This document shows positions 28,135 to 38,133 of a DNA stretch of 64,000 bases, in pieces; position 1 is the first letter of the stretch, and each line of letters begins with the position of its first letter. Position numbers and translations under genes: made by a program. The notes beneath the pieces are model-generated. The model was not told the DNA's origin. It saw nothing but the letters and a program-made list of their open reading frames with translations, and ran no database searches. Source of the stretch: a bacterium (lineage in GTDB: Bacteria > Patescibacteriota > Patescibacteriia > SG8-24); NCBI GenBank assembly GCA_043825985.1, contig JBDRRB010000018.1, positions 16,934 through 80,933 of the forward strand, read 5' to 3'.

Positions 28135-29892
28135 TCACCATGAGCCGCCTCCGCCGCCGCCGGAACCGCCGCCCGACGACCCGCCGGAGAATCCGCTGCC
28201 GCCGGAACTGCGCTGCGGACTCGCGGTCACGGCCCGGGTCAGGCCGGACTGCAGCCCACCCAACGAGCGGGACAGAACGACGGCGTTGAACCCGGAGGCG
28301 AACGACTGGCCCCGATACCAGTCCGGACGGGGCAGGGTCATGTCCTTGAACGCCTCGGACCACCGGTCGACCACGCCGAAGACCATGGCGTACGGCAGGA
28401 ACCTCTCGAAGACATGCTCGTCCTCCTGCCACCTGAGCCGATACCTCTCGGCCGTGTTCAGGTACTCGCGGAAGCCGCGCAGATGCTCCAGGGCCTGCAC
28501 GCCCTTCTTGGTCCGACGGGGCATCCGCGACCCGAAAGCCAAGACGACTATTCCGGTCAGAACCAGACCGATCGACACCAGCAGAAGGTTGGCCGTAGTG
28601 TCGACCACCAGAAGAAACGTGCCCGCAAACATGGAAAACGCCCCGGCCAGGAACAGCAGGAAGGCGAACTTGTAGTACCGCTGCCTGACCTTGTCCGGAC
28701 TTCGGTCAAAGTAGCCGCCGTTGACCAGTTGGCCGTACAGCCGCCGCTGCAGCAGCCCCAAGGCCTGGTCAAACTTGTAGTCGTCGGCCAGCTCGTTTAG
28801 GGTGGCCTCCTTACGCGGACCGAACATGACCTTCAGCACCTTGATCTCGTGAGGGCGGAGCGACTCGTCTTCACGGAAGTCGCCGCGCAGCAGGTCGAAC
28901 CGGTAGTCCTGCCGGCTGAGCAGACGCTTCGGGAGTTCGGTGATCATCAGGTATCCGCGGACGGCCAGGTCGACGATGGTGGCGCTGACGTCCAGCGCAT
29001 CGGCCCGCTCGTCCTGAAGGGTGCCGACCTCGGCCGGCGTCAGACCGTCCGGCTGCTCATACTGAACGACCAGCGTGCCCGATCCCTGCGGGTCCCGGCC
29101 GCGACGCCGCCAAATACCCAACATGACGGCCAGGACCAGCAGAGGGCAGGCAAGACCGATCACCAAGCCGAACGTGTTCGGCCATACATAGTCGTTCCAA
29201 AAACTGGCCGGAATCGGCTCGATGACCGCGACTGCACCCTTGGGGCCCCAACCGGCGACCACGGTCAGCGGACCCTCGTCGGCGGAAAACCGAACGGTAC
29301 GGCCGAGCGTGTCGAACCGACAGTCGCTCTCGGTCGATCCCAGCGGTCCGGTGTAGCAGGTGGCCGACAGGCTGCCCGGATCGACAGAGTCCGGCAGGCT
29401 CACGGTGGCCGTAACCTGTCGGAGCGGCACCTCCCAGTCGTGACCGGTCACGTTCCAGTAGACCTCGTCGTGGTCGTCGAAATAACGGACCGCGCCGCTG
29501 ACGCGGTAGGTGATGACGTAACGCCGGACGCCGGATATCGTCACGTCCGGGTCACCGATCACGATCCTGATCGCCGCTGCCGAACGATCCAGTTCGTACG
29601 GCGCGCCGTCGACCGACAGCACTTCGATCGGCACGGTGACCTGACGCCCGTCCTCCATCTCGTAGCGAATCGGCAGGTCGCGAAAGATTCCGTGGCGCGG
29701 GGACGGGAACCGGTAATCGATGGTCTCGACCACGGTCATGGTGCCGTCGCCGTGCACGGTCACGGCGGACGAGAAGGCGGATACCTCCTCGTAGTATTCG
29801 ACCTGCGCCGACGTCGAGAGCGGCCGGACGACGACGGTCAGGGCGACCGCCAGGCAAAACAAACCGACGATGAACGACCTGCTTTTTAGCAT
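28135..29892 (-). CDS. DUF2207-family membrane protein
   Basis: Signal/TM, large extracytoplasmic domain, multi-TM region, C-terminal Gly/Ser-rich tail (GGSGFSGGSSGGGSGGGGGGSW). Confidence 0.65.
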   Translation of the reverse strand: MLKSRSFIVGLFCLAVALTVVVRPLSTSAQVEYYEEVSAFSSAVTVHGDGTMTVVETIDYRFPSPRHGIFRDLPIRYEMEDGRQVTVPIEVLSVDGAPYELDRSAAAIRIVIGDPDVTISGVRRYVITYRVSGAVRYFDDHDEVYWNVTGHDWEVPLRQVTATVSLPDSVDPGSLSATCYTGPLGSTESDCRFDTLGRTVRFSADEGPLTVVAGWGPKGAVAVIEPIPASFWNDYVWPNTFGLVIGLACPLLVLAVMLGIWRRRGRDPQGSGTLVVQYEQPDGLTPAEVGTLQDERADALDVSATIVDLAVRGYLMITELPKRLLSRQDYRFDLLRGDFREDESLRPHEIKVLKVMFGPRKEATLNELADDYKFDQALGLLQRRLYGQLVNGGYFDRSPDKVRQRYYKFAFLLFLAGAFSMFAGTFLLVVDTTANLLLVSIGLVLTGIVVLAFGSRMPRRTKKGVQALEHLRGFREYLNTAERYRLRWQEDEHVFERFLPYAMVFGVVDRWSEAFKDMTLPRPDWYRGQSFASGFNAVVLSRSLGGLQSGLTRAVTASPQRSSGGSGFSGGSSGGGSGGGGGGSW

Positions 29893-29920
29893 AGGAAAAA
29901 ACTAAGGCTGACCGAGACGG

Positions 29921-30958
29921 TCAGCGGTTCAGAAAGCGGGACTTGTTGGAGTTGTGCTCGGAGAGCGATCGCGCGTAATGCACGGAACCGGAGGCATCAG
30001 TCAGGAAATACCAGTAGTCGTTCGGTTCGGGGTCGACCGCCGCCCGCAGCGCCTCCAGGCCGGGATTGCCGATCGGTCCGGCCGGCAAACCGCGGTACAG
30101 GTAGGTGTTGAACGGCGAGTCGATGCGGGTGTCGTCATAGCTCACGGATGGACGGCTGCCGCCGGTGGCGTAGTTGACGGTCGAGTCGGCCTGCAGCGGC
30201 ATGCCGGCATCCAGCCGACGCCAGAACAGGTCGGCGGCCAGCCGCATGTCCTCGCCTCCCCTGACCTCGCGTTCCAGCACGCTGGCCATGGTCACGACCT
30301 CGAACATGGTGCGGCCCTCGTTCTGCGCTCCGGCCTCGATCTCCGGCCCGACCCGCCGACCGAAGTTGTCGAGCAGGCGATGGACCACGTCCGAGGTGCT
30401 GGCGTCGGAGTACAGACGGTAGGTGTCCGGAAAAAGATACCCTTCGAGGCCACGGCCGGACGGCACGTCGGACAGGAACGGATACTCGCCCCTCAACTGC
30501 TCCATGGCCGGCGAGTCGGAACCGGCCACGGCTGCCGGCTGGCCGGTCAGGAAGTACAGGTCGGCCGCCGCCTGGTTCAGGCCGAGGGACTCGAGCGAAT
30601 CGTGCAGCTCGCGCAGGGTCTCGCCCTCGCGCAGCAGCAGCGTCACCTCCCGGTCGGCCGCCCCGACCTCAGCCAGCCGGCGGGCGATGTCGCCGTACGA
30701 GCCGACCCCGGTCAGGACGTGCTCGCCGGGCTGGATCCGGGTGGCCAGGCCGCTCCGCAGCAGCGACAGCCTAAACAGCGTCCGGCTGCGGACATAGCCG
30801 TCCTCGACCAGCCGATCGACGATGCCGTCGATGCTCTCCCCCTCCGACACGACGAACAGCCCGCCGTCCGGTCGGCCGGGAGTCAGCAGGTAGAGCAAAA
30901 ACGACGCCGCCAGGATGACGGCCGCCGCCGCGACAATCTTACGTCCGAGACGCGCCAT
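29921..30958 (-). CDS. mltG: Endolytic murein transglycosylase MltG (YceG-like)
   Basis: N-terminal TM plus YceG-like domain (...LQADSTVNYATGG...RIDSPFNTYLYRGLPAGPIGNPG). Confidence 0.8.
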   Translation of the reverse strand: MARLGRKIVAAAAVILAASFLLYLLTPGRPDGGLFVVSEGESIDGIVDRLVEDGYVRSRTLFRLSLLRSGLATRIQPGEHVLTGVGSYGDIARRLAEVGAADREVTLLLREGETLRELHDSLESLGLNQAAADLYFLTGQPAAVAGSDSPAMEQLRGEYPFLSDVPSGRGLEGYLFPDTYRLYSDASTSDVVHRLLDNFGRRVGPEIEAGAQNEGRTMFEVVTMASVLEREVRGGEDMRLAADLFWRRLDAGMPLQADSTVNYATGGSRPSVSYDDTRIDSPFNTYLYRGLPAGPIGNPGLEALRAAVDPEPNDYWYFLTDASGSVHYARSLSEHNSNKSRFLNR

Positions 30959-30961
30959 GCC

Positions 30962-32041
30962 TTACAGAAAACAATTGAGACGTTCGTCGTCCTTCAGCCG
31001 GTCGACGATCTGCTTGACCTCGTGGGCCCGGTCCTGCGGACAGATCAGCAGCGCGTCGCCGGTATCGACGATGACCATGCCGGAGACGCCGACTGTAGCG
31101 ACCAGCTTGCCCTCCGGGCACTGGACCAGGTTGCCGACCGAGTCGATCCCGACATGCTGGCCACGCACCACGTTCTCGTCCGCATCGCGAGCCAGTACCT
31201 CGCGCACCGTCCGCCAGTTGCCGATGTCCATCCAGCCGAACTCAGCCGGCACCACCAGCAGCCGACGCTCCTTCTCGAGAATTCCGTAGTCGATGCTGAC
31301 CGAGACCAGGCGGTCGAAGCAGGCAGAAACGGTCTCGTCCTCGGACGGCGTGCCGAACGACTCGCGCATCTGGCCGAACAGCTCGGCATGCTGCGGCAGG
31401 TGCAGCCAGTACAGCTCGAGGAACGAGCGCACCCGCCCGACGATCAGGGTCGGATTCCACAGGTAGCGGCCGTCGGCCAGATATCCCTCGGCCGTGGCGC
31501 GGTCCGGCTTCTCGACGAACTGGCTGACCTCGAAGATGTCCCAGCCGTCGTCATGCCCGACCTGGGCGTCGAGTCGGATGTAGCCGTAGCCGGTCTCCGG
31601 ATAGGTCGGACGGATGCCGATCAGCACTGTCCGGCTCGGGTCGGACTCGACCGTCCGGCCGGCCGCGGCGATCGCGGAGTGGTAGGCGTCCGGGTCGCGC
31701 ACGTGGGCATCGGAGTTGATCACGACGAAGGTCTCGTCGGGACGGTCGACGGACAGCCGAAGCAGCGCGTACCCGATGGCCGAAGCGGTGTCGCGCCGGC
31801 ACGGCTCACGAACGACGTGGCCGGCGGGCAGCTCCGGCAGCTGGGCCATAACCGCCGCCGCCTGCTCGTCGGCCGTGGCGACGTAGATGTCCTGCGGCGA
31901 GAAGCGGGACCGGACGCGAGCATAGGTGGCCTTAAGCATGGACAGCGAACCGACGATCGCTTCCAACTGCTTGGGACTGCCCTTTCTCGATACCGGCCAG
32001 AGACGGGTCCCGCCTCCGCCGGCCAAAATTACGGCGATCAT
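30962..32041 (-). CDS. Mannose-1-phosphate guanylyltransferase (GDP-mannose pyrophosphorylase)
   Basis: MIAVILAGGGGTRLWP nucleotidyltransferase N-terminus; C-terminal mannose-6-P isomerase-like/LbH region absent or short. Overlaps PAP2 gene stop by 4 nt. Confidence 0.78.
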   Translation of the reverse strand: MIAVILAGGGGTRLWPVSRKGSPKQLEAIVGSLSMLKATYARVRSRFSPQDIYVATADEQAAAVMAQLPELPAGHVVREPCRRDTASAIGYALLRLSVDRPDETFVVINSDAHVRDPDAYHSAIAAAGRTVESDPSRTVLIGIRPTYPETGYGYIRLDAQVGHDDGWDIFEVSQFVEKPDRATAEGYLADGRYLWNPTLIVGRVRSFLELYWLHLPQHAELFGQMRESFGTPSEDETVSACFDRLVSVSIDYGILEKERRLLVVPAEFGWMDIGNWRTVREVLARDADENVVRGQHVGIDSVGNLVQCPEGKLVATVGVSGMVIVDTGDALLICPQDRAHEVKQIVDRLKDDERLNCFL

Positions 32042-32670
32042 AATTGCTTGCTCCGATTAGCCTCCTCCGATCCGGACCGGCGAACCAGCCGCCCGGAAAT
32101 TTTCTGACGATCCCCGTACCAGTTACCGACAACGCCCACGACCGCCGCCCAGGCGGTGCCCAGCAGCGCTCCGGCCAGCACGTCGAGCGGGAAGTGAACC
32201 CCGACGGCGACCCGGCCGACGGCAACCAGGACAGCGACGGCCAAAGCCGGCAGGCCGTACCGTCGATTGACCATCAGCACCGAGACGGCCAGGGCAAAGG
32301 CCAACGTCGCGTGGTCCGACGGAAACGACTTGGCCAGAAGCGGCGGATCGACCAGCAGGCGCACGCCGTCGAGTGAGACGAACGGCCGCTCACGGAACAG
32401 GATCATGGCCAGCACGGCGCTGTCGACGGCCGACAGGGCCACGGCCACGAGCGAACGAACCGCAATGACCGGACCGTCGACGCCACGACTCCTCCGTCCA
32501 CCCCAGAGACGGTCGCTGACCGACACGACGGCCGCCAACAGCACCGCCGCGGCCAAGACGTAAATCAGCCATTTGGCGGCAACTACGGCAGCGAAATCAA
32601 AGACGTGACTGGTACCGGCCAGGCCGTTGAGCCACCTGAATGCCGACAGGTCATAAGGTAAAGTTGGCAT
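32038..32670 (-). CDS. PAP2-family membrane phosphatase
   Basis: Multi-TM protein with PAP2 motifs (KSFPSDHATLAFA...GVHFPLDVLAGA). Confidence 0.7.
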   Translation of the reverse strand: MPTLPYDLSAFRWLNGLAGTSHVFDFAAVVAAKWLIYVLAAAVLLAAVVSVSDRLWGGRRSRGVDGPVIAVRSLVAVALSAVDSAVLAMILFRERPFVSLDGVRLLVDPPLLAKSFPSDHATLAFALAVSVLMVNRRYGLPALAVAVLVAVGRVAVGVHFPLDVLAGALLGTAWAAVVGVVGNWYGDRQKISGRLVRRSGSEEANRSKQL

Positions 32671-32813
32671 GGATTCAAGTTACATCGTAAGGTCGACATT
32701 TGGCAAAGCCGGTTGGACAAATTGAGGACAGCGAAACGAACCCGGAATTCATTTCGGCGACAACAAAAAAAACGACCGCTAGGCGGTCGCCGCGAGGCTC
32801 GCGTCGGCTGACG

Positions 32814-33770
32814 TCAGTCCATACCGACGACATCATCCGAAGAATCAAGCTGATCAGTGAAATCCTTCAGGGGCATCAAGACGAAACCATGATACGTGTC
32901 GACTAGAAAAAATTTCCTAGCCTGGCCATTGTCGACTATCGTCACTGTGGGAGGAAAGACCTTCGCCGGCACCAATACCCCATGCCTTCTGAGCACACTC
33001 AAAAAATGACGAAGTTCATCATCCTTCGGCCTCCAGTCCAGCTCGCTGAAAAGTCCTTCCTTCTTCAGCCCCCTTACCATGGCCCAGAAATTGAGAGGTG
33101 TCGTATCGAGCCGCATTTCCAGCAGGAGCACGTTGACTATCTGCCGCAGCCGAACCAGGACCAGAAACGCCTCCATGTCACCATTTGAACTGAACTGCTT
33201 CCTGCCGAGCATGTCGGACGCCCGCTTGAGTGGAGAATCCTCGCTGTCGACTAAATCCTCATAGGTCATGAAACCGTCTGCCGACCCGATCAGGTCGGAG
33301 CTGCTTCTGTTGGCCGGTTTCAGGATCAGAACTGCCTGTCCCTGATTTCGCAGATCCTGAATAGCCGGAATGAAGTCCCGATCGAGGCTGGCGAAGATCA
33401 ACGTGTCAAAAATAACGTACCTCGCCAGAAACCCAAGCAAGGAAATGATGTTGGGGTCAGCCGTATCCTTGTCTCGCCGCAGACGGGGACAGTCAATGAC
33501 CTCTATTCCACACCCATGCAGCAGGTCGCGCTGACGAATCGTCAGCCGGCTGGCGTCGGCGAACGCCATCGCCCTGATGACATGCCCAACCTCCCGAGCC
33601 ACGTTCAGCAGTCCGGCCGGAGAGAAAAGAAGACCTTCCCCACCGGTGACCGACTCAAACCCTTCTCCTTTGAGGGACAAGGAAAAATTTTCGAGGTCCA
33701 GGACCAGTATGACCTTCCGGGCATTGGGATTCGAATTCCAATCCGGTCCGGAACTGTGCGGTCCGCCCAT
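32814..33770 (-). CDS. NYN/LabA-like (PIN-like nuclease) domain protein with uncharacterised C-terminal domain
   Basis: N-terminal VILVLDLENF...IFASLDRDF pattern typical of NYN/LabA domains, plus a ~160-aa C-terminal region of unknown fold. Gene GC (~50%) is markedly lower than surroundings. Confidence 0.55.
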   Translation of the reverse strand: MGGPHSSGPDWNSNPNARKVILVLDLENFSLSLKGEGFESVTGGEGLLFSPAGLLNVAREVGHVIRAMAFADASRLTIRQRDLLHGCGIEVIDCPRLRRDKDTADPNIISLLGFLARYVIFDTLIFASLDRDFIPAIQDLRNQGQAVLILKPANRSSSDLIGSADGFMTYEDLVDSEDSPLKRASDMLGRKQFSSNGDMEAFLVLVRLRQIVNVLLLEMRLDTTPLNFWAMVRGLKKEGLFSELDWRPKDDELRHFLSVLRRHGVLVPAKVFPPTVTIVDNGQARKFFLVDTYHGFVLMPLKDFTDQLDSSDDVVGMD

Positions 33771-33876
33771 TGTATCCTCCTTCCCGTCGAACCGACGTTC
33801 GACAGGTCATGGCAACCTAGCGCCCACGGCGACAAATGTCAATGACCAGACGAAAAACCGCCGTACGGACGGCGGG

Positions 33877-34704
33877 CTACTTCTGACAGCTGGGGCAGTA
33901 GTGCGTACCCCGTCCGCCGAGACGGACCTTGCGGATCGATCCGCCGCAGCGCGAGCACGGCTGACCCTCGCGCCCGTAGGCCTCGAGCTCGCGCTCGTAT
34001 CCGCCCCGCCGGCCATGGGCGTCGCGATAGGAATCGACCGACGTACCACCGATCCGTATCGAACGGCGCAGGACATGTCGGACTGCCTCGAACAGCGACC
34101 GCACCTCGTCCGGCCGCAGCTTGCCCGCGGCCCGGCCGGGCCTGATCCCGGCCCGCCACAGCGACTCGTCGGAATAGATGTTGCCCACTCCGACCACGCA
34201 CTTCTGCGACAGCAGCAGCGGCTTGATCGCCGCCCGCGAATGGGCCTTCAGGCAGGCGGCGAACCCGTCGAGAATAAAATCCTTGCCCATTGGCTCCGGA
34301 CCGTAGCCGAGCGGTCCGAGAACTTTCCTCTCCAGCTCGTCCGTTCGGCAGACTCGCAGGAAGCCGAACTTGCGCAGGTCGTCGAAGAACATGACCTTTC
34401 CGCCGGACAGCCGGAACACGACGTGCGTATGGCGGCCCGGCTCGTGGTCCGGCTCGACCAGCAGCATCCGGCCGGTCATCTTCAGGTGCACGACCAGGGT
34501 ATCCCCGCCGGACAGCCCGATCAGCAGCAGCTTGGCGCGCCGGCCGACGGACTCGATGCGCCGGCCGGTCAGACAGTCGGCGAAGCGTCGGGCGCTCAGG
34601 TTGAGGCGGCCGGCGAAACGCACCTCGACCGAACTGATCCTGCGTCCGACGACAGCCCGTTCCAGCTGCCGGCGCACGGTCTCAACTTCGGGCAATTCGG
34701 GCAT
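33877..34704 (-). CDS. mutM: Formamidopyrimidine-DNA glycosylase
   Basis: MPELPEVETVRR N-terminus (catalytic P2, E3), H2TH region, C-terminal zinc finger CSRCGGSIRKVRLGGRGTHYCPSCQ. Confidence 0.9.
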   Translation of the reverse strand: MPELPEVETVRRQLERAVVGRRISSVEVRFAGRLNLSARRFADCLTGRRIESVGRRAKLLLIGLSGGDTLVVHLKMTGRMLLVEPDHEPGRHTHVVFRLSGGKVMFFDDLRKFGFLRVCRTDELERKVLGPLGYGPEPMGKDFILDGFAACLKAHSRAAIKPLLLSQKCVVGVGNIYSDESLWRAGIRPGRAAGKLRPDEVRSLFEAVRHVLRRSIRIGGTSVDSYRDAHGRRGGYERELEAYGREGQPCSRCGGSIRKVRLGGRGTHYCPSCQK

Positions 34705-34791
34705 AAGTTAGGCTATAGGTTTCAGGAAATGGGTTATGGGCTCGAAAGAAGCGGGACAACGATCCCATCACCCATGGACTACCCCTATAGC

Positions 34792-36387
34792 CTAGATGAG
34801 CGGAGAGCCGGTCATACCGTCGGGCTTGTCGACGCCGAGAAGCCTGAGCACCGTCGGCGCGGTGTCGGCCAGCATTCCGGCCGGAGACATCAGCGACAGG
34901 TCGCCGCCGACGCCCTCACTGCCGCTGGGGGCGGACTGACCGCGCCAGCGCTCGCCGACGACGATGAACGGAACCGGATTGGTGCTGTGCTCCTTGTCCA
35001 GCTCGCCGGTCTGCAGATTCAGGACCTCCTCGCCGTTGCCGTGGTCGGCGGTGATGACCACCGCGCCGCCCCTGGGCAGCACGGCGTTGACGATCCGCCC
35101 GACGCAGCGGTCGACCGTCTCGCAGCCGACCTTCGTGGCCTCGAAGTTTCCGGAGTGCCCGACCATGTCGGCATTGGCGAAGTTGGCGACGATGAAGTCA
35201 AACTCGCCCCGTTCGACCTCCTGCAGGATACGGTCGGCGATCTTGGACGCCGACATCTCCGGTGCCTGGTCGTAGGACGAGACGCGCGGCGACGGGATGA
35301 TGACCCGAGACTCACCGGGGAACTCGTCCTCACGCATCCCGTTCAGGAAAAACGTGACGTGGGCGTACTTCTCGGTCTCGGCGATGTGCAGCTGCTTCAG
35401 TCCGGCGGCCGAGACGACCTGGGCCAGGCAGGTCTCGATGATCTCGGGCGGAAACGCCACCCTGACCGGCAGGCCCCTCTCGTACTCGGCCATCGTGCCA
35501 AAGAACAGCTCCGGCAGCAGCGTCCGCTCGAACTTGGAGAAGTCCGGTCTGACGAAGGCGGAAGTGATCTGCCTGGCCCGGTCCGGACGGAAGTTGGCGA
35601 AGATCACCGCGTCGCCGTTCTTGATCGGCCCGACCGGCCTGCCGTCCGGGCCGACCACGGCCACCGGCACGAACTCCTCGTCGTAGACCTCGGCCGCATA
35701 CGACTTCTCCAGCGCCGCCGCCGGATCCTGGCAGGTGCTGTCGGTCTCGCCGGTCACCGCCCGGTAGGCCTTCTCGACGCGGTCCCAACGGTTGTCGCGG
35801 TCCATGGCATAGAAGCGTCCGCTGACCGAACCGATCCGGCCGAAGCCCAGCTCCTTCAGCTTGGCCTGCAGCTCGCGCACGAAATCGATGCCCGCGTTGA
35901 ACTTGGTGTCGCGCCCGTCGGTGAAGACGTGCACCACCACGTCCTTGATCTCCTGCTTCTGGGCGAACTCCAGCAGCGCATGGACGTGCGCATCCGAGCC
36001 GTGCACGTTGCCCGGACTCAGGATGCCCATGATGTGCAGGGTGGAACCGTGCTGCCGGACGTGCTCGGCCGCCGCCAGGAACACCTCGTTCTGAAAGAAG
36101 CCGCCGTTCTGTATCGACAGGTTGATGCGCGGAAAGGTCTGATAGAAAATCCGGCCGGCACCGATGGTCAGGTGGCCGACCTCCGAGTTTCCCATCTCGC
36201 CCCACGACAGGCCGACCGCCTCGCCTGAGGCATGGACCGTCATGGTCGGAAAGGTGGTGATGATCTCGTCCAGATAGGGCGTGTCGGCGGCCTCGACCGG
36301 ATTGCCCGGCCCGGACTGGGCGACGCCCCAGCCGTCCAGGATCAGCAGAACCACCGGTTTGAACTTTTCTTCGGCCATATTCGTCAA
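34792..36387 (-). CDS. gpmI: 2,3-bisphosphoglycerate-independent phosphoglycerate mutase
   Basis: VLLILDGWG, ...SEVGHL..., ...ITADHGN... motifs. 531 aa. Confidence 0.9.
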   Translation of the reverse strand: MTNMAEEKFKPVVLLILDGWGVAQSGPGNPVEAADTPYLDEIITTFPTMTVHASGEAVGLSWGEMGNSEVGHLTIGAGRIFYQTFPRINLSIQNGGFFQNEVFLAAAEHVRQHGSTLHIMGILSPGNVHGSDAHVHALLEFAQKQEIKDVVVHVFTDGRDTKFNAGIDFVRELQAKLKELGFGRIGSVSGRFYAMDRDNRWDRVEKAYRAVTGETDSTCQDPAAALEKSYAAEVYDEEFVPVAVVGPDGRPVGPIKNGDAVIFANFRPDRARQITSAFVRPDFSKFERTLLPELFFGTMAEYERGLPVRVAFPPEIIETCLAQVVSAAGLKQLHIAETEKYAHVTFFLNGMREDEFPGESRVIIPSPRVSSYDQAPEMSASKIADRILQEVERGEFDFIVANFANADMVGHSGNFEATKVGCETVDRCVGRIVNAVLPRGGAVVITADHGNGEEVLNLQTGELDKEHSTNPVPFIVVGERWRGQSAPSGSEGVGGDLSLMSPAGMLADTAPTVLRLLGVDKPDGMTGSPLI

Positions 36388-38009
36388 GACAAAAGCGAGT
36401 GTCCGGTCATCTCGTCCGGCTTAGGAAGGCCCAGCACCTCCAATATGGTAGGGGCCACGTCGGCCAGCGTGCCGTCCCTGAGGCGACGGCGGCGAAGGCG
36501 CTTGCCGATTATGACGAAAGGAACGGGATTGGTCGAATGTTCGGTGATCACCTCACCGGTCCGACGGTCGGCCATCCGCTCGGCGTTGCCGTGGTCGCCG
36601 ACTATGGCCAGCGTGCCGTCGCGGGCCAGGACCTCCTTGGCCAGGGTGTCCAGGCATGCGTCCACGCACCGAACCGCCTCGACGGTCGCCGGAATGTTTC
36701 CCGAATGTGCCACCATGTCGGCGTTGGCGAAATTCAGGGCGATGAAGTCGTCCCGGCCGGCGCGCAGCCGACGGACCACCTCGTCCGTGATGACCCGAGC
36801 CCGCATCTCCGGCCGCAGGTAGTGGTGCGGCACGAACTGGGACGGGATGCGCATCCGCTCCTCGCCGAACCGTATCTGGGAAAAGCCGCCGTTCAGGAAG
36901 TACGTCACGTGGGCGAACTTCTCGCTCTCGGCGATGTACAGCTGACGCATCCCGTTCCGGCCCAGGACCTCGGTCAGGCCCATCTTAACGTCGCGGCTGG
37001 GAAAGGCGGTCATGATGCTGTCCAGGTCGGGACCGAAGTCGGTCATGGCCACGAACCGAAGATCCCTGACCACCTTATGGCGAACGAAGGCACCGTCGTT
37101 GCGCCGGGTGAATTCCTTCTGGACGAAGGTCTTAGCCAGCTGCCGGGCCCGGTCCGATCGAAGGTTGAAGAACACGATCGAGTCGCCGTCGTCGACGGGG
37201 CCGATCGGCCGATGCCTGGCGTCGACGATGACTGTCGGCAGCAGAAACTCGTCGGTCTCGCCGCGGTCGTAGCCGCGCCGGACGGCCGTCGCCGGATCCG
37301 GGGCGGCCACTCCCCGACCGCAGACGATGGCGTTGTAGGCATGCTGGGTCCTGACCCACCACTTGTTGCGGTCCATGGCGTAGAACCGCCCCATGATCGA
37401 GGCGACCCGCTGACCGTCGGACAGGTGCCTGTTCAGGGCCTGCAGCAGCTTGAGGGCGGAATGGGGCGACGAGTCACGTCCGTCGGTGAACAGGTGCAGC
37501 CGAACGTCGCGAATCCTTTCCCGGCGCATCATCTCGAGCAGGGCGTACAAGTGGGCCGGCGAGGAGTGGGCGCTGTTGCCGTTGGACAGCAGTCCCATGA
37601 CGTGAAGGCACGATCCGTTTCGTCGGACGTGCTTGACCGCCTCCCTGAGGGCCGAATTCTTGAAGAACGTCCCGTCCTTGATGGCCTCGGTCACGTAGAG
37701 GATGTCCTGATGGACGATCCGCCCGGCGCCGATGTTGGAGTGTCCGGCCTCGGAGTTGCCCTCCTGATTCGGGAGAAGGCCGACATGACGACCGTGGGCC
37801 ATCAGGCGCGAGCTGGGAAATTTCTTCTGCAAAGCGGACAGCGACGGCGTGCCGGCCAGGCAGATGGCGTTGCCGCGGCCCGGCGGGGCGATTCCCCAAC
37901 CGTCGAGGATAGCCAAAACAAACGGACCGGAACCCTGTCCCGCCCCATCCTGCCCGCCCCTACGGACGGCGACTCTTTTGGCCCTGGATGACCGCACTGG
38001 CATGGCCAT
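36384..38009 (-). CDS. 2,3-bisphosphoglycerate-independent phosphoglycerate mutase paralog (second copy, diverged)
   Basis: VLAILDGWG, SEAGHS, IVGDHGN motifs. Its stop overlaps the start of the downstream gpmI by 4 nt. Start trimmed to MAMPVRSS. Confidence 0.82.
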   Translation of the reverse strand: MAMPVRSSRAKRVAVRRGGQDGAGQGSGPFVLAILDGWGIAPPGRGNAICLAGTPSLSALQKKFPSSRLMAHGRHVGLLPNQEGNSEAGHSNIGAGRIVHQDILYVTEAIKDGTFFKNSALREAVKHVRRNGSCLHVMGLLSNGNSAHSSPAHLYALLEMMRRERIRDVRLHLFTDGRDSSPHSALKLLQALNRHLSDGQRVASIMGRFYAMDRNKWWVRTQHAYNAIVCGRGVAAPDPATAVRRGYDRGETDEFLLPTVIVDARHRPIGPVDDGDSIVFFNLRSDRARQLAKTFVQKEFTRRNDGAFVRHKVVRDLRFVAMTDFGPDLDSIMTAFPSRDVKMGLTEVLGRNGMRQLYIAESEKFAHVTYFLNGGFSQIRFGEERMRIPSQFVPHHYLRPEMRARVITDEVVRRLRAGRDDFIALNFANADMVAHSGNIPATVEAVRCVDACLDTLAKEVLARDGTLAIVGDHGNAERMADRRTGEVITEHSTNPVPFVIIGKRLRRRRLRDGTLADVAPTILEVLGLPKPDEMTGHSLLS

Positions 38010-38133
38010 ATTATATAGTAAGCCCGATTTAAGTTGAATCTGGAGAATTGATATCCGACGACCATGGCAAACAACGGCCACGGAAAACAAAAGACGCCGC
38101 ATTCGGCAGCGTCATCCGGAACCAGTCGCGACT

